Shown here: one piece after another, positions 23,356-30,599 of the stretch | Layout of the letters: every line of letters starts with the position of its first letter | Position numbering within the stretch: the first letter of the stretch is position 1 | Assembly: GCF_018336915.1 (NCBI RefSeq) | Contig: NZ_CP064923.1 | Coordinates: 5,460,001 to 5,492,000, forward strand | Length of the DNA: 32,000 nt | Source: Acaryochloris marina S15 | Lineage (GTDB): Bacteria > Cyanobacteriota > Cyanobacteriia > Thermosynechococcales > Thermosynechococcaceae | Reading direction: 5' to 3' | The notes under the pieces: model-generated | Told to the model about the DNA's origin: nothing | Databases searched by the model: none | The model's input: the letters and a program-made list of their open reading frames with translations, nothing else | Position numbers and translations under genes: made by a program

Positions 23356-26097
23356 ATGGAAGTTCTCTCCGTTACGCTGAAAAACTTTAAGGCCCATCGC
23401 GATCGCTACTATGAATTCCGACCGGGGGCCAATGCCATTTGTGGTGAAAATGGGTCAGGGAAGACCAGCATCCTAGAAGCCATTGCCTGGGTTTTATTTG
23501 ATCACAGCGAGTACAAGCGAGCCGAACTAATCACCGTCGGGGCCAAAAGTGCCCAAGCCATCGTCAGCTTTATATCCCACTTGGATGGGCGAATCTACGA
23601 GGTGCGTCGCTGTACTAGTCGGGGCTATGAGGTTCACGACCCCCAGCTCAACCGCAAGCTAGAACTGAAAAAACTCGATGATGTCCGCTGCTGGCTCTGT
23701 GAACATTTGGGGGTGGGGGTCCACACGGAACTGGCCAAATTGTTTGCAGAAACCATTGGCATTCCCCAGGGCACCTTTACAGTGGATTTTCTCAAATCAG
23801 CGGGCGATCGCAAAAAGGTATTCGATCCCATTCTGAAGGTGGAAGAGTATAAACAGGCTTACGATCAGGCCCAAAAATTAACCAGTTATGCCCAGGCCCA
23901 GGTCCAACAGCTAGAGCAAAAATTACAAAGCTACGACCAGCAACTCGAAGGCTGGGAAGCGCTTAAGCAACAGAAGCTAGAGCTAGCTAAAACCTTGACT
24001 CAGCAGATGGCCCAGATGCAAACCCTGGCTCAGCAGTTGGGTGAGATTCGGACTGAACTCAAGGATTTAAAGACCCAAGACCAAGCCATCCAAACCCTAG
24101 ACAAACAGGTCCAGCATCTCCAAACCCAATGGACCAGTAAACAGGAAATTCTCCAGCTCTTAGAGGAGAATTGGCAGCAGGCAGACCAAGCCGTCCAGAT
24201 TTGTCGTCAGCATCGGCCTCAATTTCAGGCCTATCAAGCGGCCCAAGAGACCCTCAAGGCCCTCGCTCAACAACAAAAACAACGACAGCAACTGCTGCAA
24301 GAACGCGATCGCATCCAAAATACCCTCCGCGATCAGCAAGTCCTACTCTCCCAAAACCAAGGCCAACTCTCCACCTTTGCCAAGATGGACGCAGAACTCC
24401 AGGACTGGCAAACCAAAGTTCCGCAACAACAGCAGCTCGACCAAGAAAAGACCACTTGCCAACAGGCCCTCCAAACCCTAGTCTCCGACCAAAAACACCT
24501 ACAGCGACTGCAAGAGCAAATCCACAAACAGCAGCAGAGTTGGGAAACCCTCAGCCAGACCATTCGCCAACTGGTCGCCCTAGAACCACAAGTTCAGGCC
24601 ATTCCTAACTTCGAAGCCCAGCAGCAGAAGATTCAAGAACGGCTGGGACGAATTGCCGCCGCCCAGCAATTTGCCACAGAATTACAGACATTACTGACCG
24701 AGGCTGAACCCCAACAACAGCACTATCAGCAGCAAGTAGACACAGCGAAAGATCTGCTCAGTCGTTCCACCCTGAACCCAGCCCAGACCACTCAACTCGC
24801 CACCATTTTGGACCAAGGGGCTGCCCTCACCCACCAGATTATTCAGCAGCTCCAAACAGCTTTTGCCGACATTATTGATCCCCAGACCGTCACCAACCTC
24901 AAGCAACAGCTTCGGCAGATAAAAACCCAACTCAAAGCCGCCCAAAAAGCCCAAACCCAATGGTTGATGCTAGAGGCCCAACAGCATCAGCTAACGGAGC
25001 TAGAGCAAGGGATGACGTCACTGCAGCAAGAGTGCGATCGCATCCAGGTCACCCTCAACCAAGAGCCCCAGCTCCAGAGCCAACTAGCACAGCTCAATAC
25101 CCAGCTAACGGCACTCAGCGACCCCCAGGGCCATGTCCGCATCTTGCAGCAGCAGCTTCAAGGAGCCACCCAGCTAGAAGCAGAGATCACTCGCCTTCAA
25201 CAGGCCTGTCAAGGTCATCAGCAGTCCCTCACAACCTTTGAAACCCAGGTCGAAGCCTTGGGAGATCTAGAAGCCCAAGTCGATGCCCAACAGCAGATCC
25301 AGCAAGAGCATCAGGAGGTGTATCAGCGCTATTTACGCCATCGGAATCAGGCCAATACCTTTAAAGACCTAGATCAGCAACGCCAAGGTGCGATCGCTAC
25401 CCAAACCCAACTCCAAACCCAGTTAACGGGTGCTCAAGCCCAATGGCAGGAAAAGCTCAAAGATCATAATCCTGAGCGGCTAGCTGAAGTGAGTCACACC
25501 TATGAACAATTGCAGCGACACCATGACCAGCTCCAGGGGGGACTAGCCCCCCAACAGGCTCAGCTGCAATATCTCGATCAGCAATTGGAAGCCAAGCAAG
25601 CCCTCGCCCAAGAGCGCGATCAGATCTGGGTGACCTTAGAGGATAAGCGCCAAATCTCACAGTTCGTTATCGATGCTCGCAACGTCTACAAGCAAAGCGG
25701 TCCTCGAATCACCAAATTTTACCTGACAGAAATTTCTTGGGAGGCGGATCGGCTCTATCGGGAGCTGCTCGATCGGCCTGATGTGGCTTTACAGTGGACT
25801 GAAGATTACGAAATTCAGGTACAAGAGCAGGGCCATTGGCGTAGCTTCAAAAGCCTGTCGGGGGGAGAGCAGATGTGTGCTGCTTTAGCCGTGCGCCTAG
25901 CCTTGCTGAAAGTCTTAGTCGATATCAATATTGCGTTTTTCGACGAGCCCACAACGAACATGGATGAACTGCGTCGTCGACAGTTGGCCGAAGCCTTGGG
26001 GCATCTCAAATCCTTCCATCAGCTGTTTGTGATCAGTCATGACGACACTTTTGAGAGCGTTACAGAAAATATTATTCGGGTAGAGAGAGCGAGTTAA
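23356..26097 (+). CDS. Rad50/SbcC-like SMC-family ABC ATPase with a very long Gln-rich coiled coil
   Basis: The N-terminal head is LKNFKAHRD...ICGENGSGKTSILEAI (Walker A), followed by about 600 aa of Q-rich heptad-like sequence. The C-terminal head has SLSGGEQMCAALAVRLAL (signature), IAFFDEPTTNMD (Walker B/D-loop) and FVISHDD (H-loop). There is no CxxC in the coiled-coil region and no nuclease gene next to it. Confidence 0.85.
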   Translation: MEVLSVTLKNFKAHRDRYYEFRPGANAICGENGSGKTSILEAIAWVLFDHSEYKRAELITVGAKSAQAIVSFISHLDGRIYEVRRCTSRGYEVHDPQLNRKLELKKLDDVRCWLCEHLGVGVHTELAKLFAETIGIPQGTFTVDFLKSAGDRKKVFDPILKVEEYKQAYDQAQKLTSYAQAQVQQLEQKLQSYDQQLEGWEALKQQKLELAKTLTQQMAQMQTLAQQLGEIRTELKDLKTQDQAIQTLDKQVQHLQTQWTSKQEILQLLEENWQQADQAVQICRQHRPQFQAYQAAQETLKALAQQQKQRQQLLQERDRIQNTLRDQQVLLSQNQGQLSTFAKMDAELQDWQTKVPQQQQLDQEKTTCQQALQTLVSDQKHLQRLQEQIHKQQQSWETLSQTIRQLVALEPQVQAIPNFEAQQQKIQERLGRIAAAQQFATELQTLLTEAEPQQQHYQQQVDTAKDLLSRSTLNPAQTTQLATILDQGAALTHQIIQQLQTAFADIIDPQTVTNLKQQLRQIKTQLKAAQKAQTQWLMLEAQQHQLTELEQGMTSLQQECDRIQVTLNQEPQLQSQLAQLNTQLTALSDPQGHVRILQQQLQGATQLEAEITRLQQACQGHQQSLTTFETQVEALGDLEAQVDAQQQIQQEHQEVYQRYLRHRNQANTFKDLDQQRQGAIATQTQLQTQLTGAQAQWQEKLKDHNPERLAEVSHTYEQLQRHHDQLQGGLAPQQAQLQYLDQQLEAKQALAQERDQIWVTLEDKRQISQFVIDARNVYKQSGPRITKFYLTEISWEADRLYRELLDRPDVALQWTEDYEIQVQEQGHWRSFKSLSGGEQMCAALAVRLALLKVLVDINIAFFDEPTTNMDELRRRQLAEALGHLKSFHQLFVISHDDTFESVTENIIRVERAS

Positions 26098-26116
26098 AGC
26101 GTTCAGCCTCACGCCC

Positions 26117-26608
26117 TTAAGGGGTGGTCCACTTTGTCACAGGTGCCGCAATTTGCTGCTGTTTTTGGTAGGCCGCCACTTCCTGCTGGCACATGCTCAG
26201 ACTGTTCTGCTCGGTGTTACCCACGGATTTGATGTGATGCATTTTTGTGAGGGGGACTTCAACTTCTAGGGCATTTTCGTGGGGTGCGCCCAAAGATAAT
26301 ACTTCCAAACGCTGATTCTTGGCCGTGCCCGTAAAACAGCTGAACTCGGATTGGGGATAGAAAAACGCACCCGTTACTTTCTGACCCTGCTTTTTGAACA
26401 CGACATAACCCTGACCGATTTGATTGGCTTGGTCAGAATCACCATAGAGATACATGCCATCAGCAAGGGGCGTCGAAGGCCCAGAGGCAGCAATATTCGT
26501 GGGTTCTGCAACAGCAAGGCCCGTGCTTCCTAAGACGAGGGCACCACTAACTGCCAGAACTGCTTTGATAGAACCAGAGAGAATTGAAGCTTGGGGAAAT
26601 TTTTTCAT
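26117..26608 (-). CDS. Small exported hypothetical protein
   Basis: This is a 163-aa ORF with a signal-peptide-like N-terminus (MKKFPQASILSGSIKAVLAVSGALVLGSTGLAVA/EP). I recognise no family. Confidence 0.6.
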   Translation of the reverse strand: MKKFPQASILSGSIKAVLAVSGALVLGSTGLAVAEPTNIAASGPSTPLADGMYLYGDSDQANQIGQGYVVFKKQGQKVTGAFFYPQSEFSCFTGTAKNQRLEVLSLGAPHENALEVEVPLTKMHHIKSVGNTEQNSLSMCQQEVAAYQKQQQIAAPVTKWTTP

Positions 26609-27318
26609 TTTTAAAGTCTCACTACCACTTGTTTAATCTTCAGTTAAAAACCTAGGAAAAACCGTGATCTTGTTGTGTCTAAATCGTGCTTTAAATCAAT
26701 CATGTGCGTGATCGAAATCACTCTTAATACTGCATCACTTTGCCATCAAATTTTTGGTCACTAAATAAAATCTAAGGGGCTCAATGGGGGAACAAAATGG
26801 ATGATGCAGTCAACTCTGTAAAATTGCTTATCTATACTGTCGCAGTTTCTTCATGGGCCTCACAATGGTGTATCCACCTAGCCTATCGAGGCCAGATGAG
26901 CAGAACCTGTGAGGGGTAAAAAAATCTGATGAGACTTCCGTATATATACGGTTGTTCTGCTTTACCCTCCCGCTCCAACGATGAATTAAGAGTATAGAGG
27001 GCCAGAAAAATGTATCAGGTTGTAAACTCAAACTCTGGATTGTTTTGTATCGATGAATAGGCGAGGAAATCCTCTTCCCATACTGAAGATTACCTATTTA
27101 AAGCACCCATTGATCCTGATCACAATTGTTATGTGTTCATGATCATTAGAAGACTTGATGTACGTTACAGCACAGAGATGGGCAAAAGAAGAATATAACC
27201 TTGTGAGTTAGATTCTTCATGAATTTAACTCTCAGTCAGGTGGTATCGACAAAAGTAAGTCCGCTGTAATTCTGCTTACATCCGTTTCATTCTCTATTTT
27301 TTGAGGAGGGTACACCCC
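26609..27318. promoter_or_regulatory. Long AT-rich divergent intergenic region with a cluster of competing stem-forming segments
   Basis: This 710-bp stretch has no credible ORF. Stems are visible at 26858-26967 (see findings). A GAGGAGG Shine-Dalgarno sequence lies at 27303-27309. Confidence 0.5.
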
Positions 27319-27864
27319 ATGACTCCAGAAGCCAAACAAATCCTGGTTCAACTTCGAGAAACTTTCTACACCCAGTTTGCAACGGCTATGAAACGGGACG
27401 TGTCTGTCACCAAAGACAACTCCCTGATTTTTAGCCCGTCTCTCGCTGCGATCGCATCTTGGGTAGATGATCATCAGCGCTTTAACTACCTCAGCGTTCA
27501 GGCCCATACCACGCCCGACTCTCTCTTCCCCAATCGACCCCTGACGTTGCGGATTACCATTAATCCCTCCAGCGGTGTTTTCACAAATACCAAGAGCGTC
27601 CACAAAAAAACAGGATTGGGCCTCAACTCTGCTTGGAGCCTCAACCTGACGGTCTTACCGGAAGAAATTGTGGAGATGGCCCATTGGGTCGCCAGCTGGA
27701 TTCACTCCCAGGATAATGACAGCATTACCATTGCTGCTCCTTATCGACTCAAAGTCACGTCCGCTGACAACAACGACTCTCAAGTTTGGACTCAAACGGC
27801 TTGGTATAGCCTCAATCCAGAAGAGCAGCCCGTTGCTCCTGTCGACCAGCCCCAAGCGGCTTAA
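27319..27864 (+). CDS. Hypothetical protein (181 aa), no recognisable family
   Basis: The ATG at 27319 sits 9 nt downstream of a strong GAGGAGG ribosome-binding site. That makes the TTG at 27301 from the ORF track unlikely. There is no signal peptide or TM segment. Confidence 0.6.
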   Translation: MTPEAKQILVQLRETFYTQFATAMKRDVSVTKDNSLIFSPSLAAIASWVDDHQRFNYLSVQAHTTPDSLFPNRPLTLRITINPSSGVFTNTKSVHKKTGLGLNSAWSLNLTVLPEEIVEMAHWVASWIHSQDNDSITIAAPYRLKVTSADNNDSQVWTQTAWYSLNPEEQPVAPVDQPQAA

Positions 27865-28013
27865 TGACGTCAACTCGGATCGCCCAGTCTGTCACTGCGC
27901 TTAGACTCGCAGGGTTCTACTCAGACCCACTGGGCGACCATCTCCAATTCAGGAATGGCAAAGCCTCCTCACCACGCTAAAGTGAGGACGATTCTTCCTG
28001 ACAAATAGCACTT

Positions 28014-28751
28014 GTGAAACCGTCGAATTCTGCCCCGACTAAACCTTGGAATGCCAGGGAAACCGTAGGATTAACAATCCTAATTTTGGTGGTTTTCTTC
28101 AGTATCAGTAGTGCGATCGCACTCTTCTTCGTCATCTTGCAAATGGTGCAAGACCCCAGTCTCACCCCAGAAGCAGTCCTGGCAGAGATCGAAAAAGATG
28201 GCCTGGTCCTATCCCTAGCCACCCTGATCTCGGGTATCGTTACGAGCGGGATGATTTACGCGCTGTTAAAGGTTCGTCCGGCCTTGACCGTTAAACAGTA
28301 CCTCGCCCTCCGCAAACCGCGGTGGACCGCCTGGTTCATCTGGAATGGGCTATTACTGGCCCTGATTTTGCTATCAGAATCGATTCTGCGGTCTTTTGAA
28401 TATCAAGACACCTTTACTGCCGAACTCTATCAAACCGCTCAATTTCCCATCCTGCTCTACATTGCCATTGTGGGAATTGCGCCTGTGTTTGAGGAACTCC
28501 TCTTTCGGGGGTTCCTATTCCACGGTCTTCAATCTTCACGGCTGGGGTCTGGCGGTGCCATTGTCATTACGGCAGTCGGCTGGGCCATCTTACATGTTCA
28601 GTATGGCCCGCTAGTGATCAGCCAAATCGTTTGCTTTGGCCTGCTGTTTGGAGTCGCCCGTTGGCAAACGCATTCCTTGTTTGTTCCGCTTTCTATGCAT
28701 TGTCTCAACAATTTTTTAGCTTTGTTGACCACCAGCTTGCAGCACCCTTGA
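28014..28751 (+). CDS. CPBP (CAAX/Abi) family intramembrane glutamic endopeptidase
   Basis: It is a multi-pass membrane protein. Motif 1 is PVFEELLFRGFLF (EExxxR), followed by ILHVQY and MHCLNNF (HxxxN). It has a GTG start. Confidence 0.82.
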   Translation: MKPSNSAPTKPWNARETVGLTILILVVFFSISSAIALFFVILQMVQDPSLTPEAVLAEIEKDGLVLSLATLISGIVTSGMIYALLKVRPALTVKQYLALRKPRWTAWFIWNGLLLALILLSESILRSFEYQDTFTAELYQTAQFPILLYIAIVGIAPVFEELLFRGFLFHGLQSSRLGSGGAIVITAVGWAILHVQYGPLVISQIVCFGLLFGVARWQTHSLFVPLSMHCLNNFLALLTTSLQHP

Positions 28752-28905
28752 AATCAGCACTCCAGAGCACCGTCATACCAAGAGTTTCTCTGCCACAGGA
28801 CAACACTCGATTCATCCCAAATGACTACTGCTAAACTAAAGTACGAACGCTTTAACGCGATATTTACGTACGCCTGATTCAAGTCTTACAACGGTTGAAG
28901 TCATT

Positions 28906-29406
28906 ATGCCTAGCGACAATTTTATAGATAAAGCTTTTTCAGCAATGTCCGATGTCGTCATGAAAGTCATTCCTACGGATAAAAAGTCCAAAGATGCTTT
29001 CAAGTACTATCGGTCTGGAATGGCGGCTCAGGTAGATGGCAACTATGCAAAAGCACTGGGCAACTATACCGAAGCACTCACTCTAGAAGAAGATCCCTTC
29101 GACAAAAGTTATATCCTCTACAACATGGGATTGATTTTTGCCAATAATGGCGATCATGAAAAAGCCTTGGATTACTACCATCAATCGTTAGAGTTAAATC
29201 CAAATTTAGTCCAGGCGTTATATAACACTGGGGTCATTCTCCATTACAAGGGCGAGCAAGCAGAAGAAGCCACCGAATTGGATGAAGCCGAACGCTTTTT
29301 CGCTTTAGCCGCCGACTTCTGGAAGCGCGCCATTAAAATTGCCCCCAACAACTACAGTGAAGTGCAAAATTGGCTGAAGACAACGGGACGCATCGGCGTC
29401 GGTTAG
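28906..29406 (+). CDS. ycf3: Photosystem I assembly protein Ycf3 (TPR protein)
   Basis: The sequence is near-canonical Ycf3 throughout: DNFIDKAFS..., YYRSGMAAQVDGNYAKAL, LEEDPFDKSYILYNMGLIFANNGDHEKALDYYHQSLELNP, WKRAIKIAPNNYSEVQNWLKTTGR. Confidence 0.95.
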   Translation: MPSDNFIDKAFSAMSDVVMKVIPTDKKSKDAFKYYRSGMAAQVDGNYAKALGNYTEALTLEEDPFDKSYILYNMGLIFANNGDHEKALDYYHQSLELNPNLVQALYNTGVILHYKGEQAEEATELDEAERFFALAADFWKRAIKIAPNNYSEVQNWLKTTGRIGVG

Positions 29407-29498
29407 CACTAGCCCAACCTAGAGAGATTCTGCAACAAGTCTTCCACAGCTCTCTTCTCTCACTCCAGCGCTGATATCAAAATGCAAGAATCAGTTAT

Positions 29499-29526
29499 AG
29501 TCCCCTTGGAGATCTCCAAGGGGACT
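29499..29526. terminator. Perfect 28-nt palindrome between convergent ycf3 and the EamA gene (candidate bidirectional terminator)
   Basis: agtccccttggaga|tctccaaggggact is its own reverse complement. It lies 93 nt after the ycf3 stop and 24 nt after the EamA stop. No clear U-tract follows it. Confidence 0.5.
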
Positions 29527-29549
29527 TATGGTGTAGGAGATGGCGATGC

Positions 29550-30434
29550 TTATCCAGTTTGAGCCAATAACAAACCCACCCCAATGACTGCAATGAAAGC
29601 TCCCAACCATGCTCGGGAACTGATGCGCTCACCCATTAACACGGCAATGGGCAATACAAATAAGGGGCTCGTGGCATTCAAGGTTTGGGAAATCCCCGTC
29701 ACCGTGTACTTGAGGGAGAGCTGCTGCAGCCAAATCCCCAAATAGGTCCCGGCAAACGAGGCCGCAAACAGTCGGAGCAGCAGATCGGTAGTGTTCATAG
29801 CCTGCCACCAGGCCTGTAACTGCTGCCGCATCACCCCCCAAACCACCACCACAATCACGCCGGCCGCCAACCGCAACAAAGCCCCCCATTGTGGGCTGAC
29901 CGCCGTATTGTCCAATGCCGCCCGCGAGAGAATCGCGCCAATGGCCTGAGCTAAAGAAGCCAAGAATGCATAGAACAAACCACGTCCTTGCTGTGTCGCA
30001 GCATGGGTTTCAGCCGCCCGTTCACTAATTACCCAGACAATTCCCATAATGGTGACAGCAATCCCACCCCAGGCAAACGGAGAGAGCTGCTCCCGCAAAA
30101 ACCACAGGGCCAGACAGGCCGATATGGGAGGCGCTAGGGTGCCTAATAACAGCGTCCGCCGGGCCCCCAGATACCGTAATGCTTCCAGATACACCGTATC
30201 GCCAAACCCAATGCCAATGGCCCCACTCAAGAGCAACAACAGGCTGCTTCTTCCAGCCAACGCTGGAGCATCGAGACCCTGAACAACAATGGTGATTCCC
30301 AGTAGGGCAATCGCGATCACCCCTTTACCTAGATTCAAGGCTAAGGCAGGGGCTCGACGGCCTAAGGTCGCATAAATCATCGAAGCCACGGCCCACAGGA
30401 ACGCCGCACTAACAGCCGCGATTTCTCCAATCAT
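29550..30434 (-). CDS. EamA/DMT-superfamily transporter
   Basis: This 294-aa protein has about 10 hydrophobic helices arranged as two similar halves, typical of EamA-domain permeases. Confidence 0.75.
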   Translation of the reverse strand: MIGEIAAVSAAFLWAVASMIYATLGRRAPALALNLGKGVIAIALLGITIVVQGLDAPALAGRSSLLLLLSGAIGIGFGDTVYLEALRYLGARRTLLLGTLAPPISACLALWFLREQLSPFAWGGIAVTIMGIVWVISERAAETHAATQQGRGLFYAFLASLAQAIGAILSRAALDNTAVSPQWGALLRLAAGVIVVVVWGVMRQQLQAWWQAMNTTDLLLRLFAASFAGTYLGIWLQQLSLKYTVTGISQTLNATSPLFVLPIAVLMGERISSRAWLGAFIAVIGVGLLLAQTG

Positions 30435-30599
30435 GGTATCTGGTGATGACTCATCAGGGATGTCGAAGTAGCTAGTGTTGGCATTCCAAGTATTTTTGAC
30501 CTTTAAATTGGGAAGACTGGCAAATATTATGCTCTTGCGGATCTATTTTGGAAAGACAAGGGCTTAGGCTTAACAATGGTATGTCCTGGGGAGTAATTT

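Noticed and set aside
13894-23398. The HIP1-free block considered as a bounded genomic island or mobile element.
   Set aside because: I found no integrase, transposase, tRNA attachment site or flanking direct or inverted repeats. It is reported only as a compositional oddity, not as a mobile element.
24171-24608. Long alternative-frame and antisense ORFs inside the coiled-coil genes. Examples are 24171..24608, 24960..25241, 24333..24563, 24691..24960, 1407..2062 and 5241..5748.
   Set aside because: They lie entirely within well-supported CDSs whose CAG/CAA/GAA-rich periodic sequence suppresses stops in the other frames. Their products are low-complexity P/R/S-rich strings with no start context.
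1-26097. The possibility that the two long coiled-coil ATPase genes (smc and the Rad50-like gene) are duplicates of each other.
   Set aside because: Their architectures differ. smc has a globular hinge and FDEVD Walker B, whereas the second has no hinge and a Rad50-type DEPTTNMD. The resemblance is limited to Q-rich coiled-coil composition.
26926-26932. A CUGAUGA box followed by a hairpin, reminiscent of a hammerhead ribozyme core.
   Set aside because: The hairpin ccgtatatatacgg is not followed by the obligatory GAAA. No cleavage-site stem arrangement (stems I and III with a UH site) can be built.
27232-27603. A 123-aa minus-strand ORF overlapping the start of the 27319 gene.
   Set aside because: It is antisense to a gene with a strong ribosome-binding site, has no such site of its own, and gives an arbitrary-looking product.
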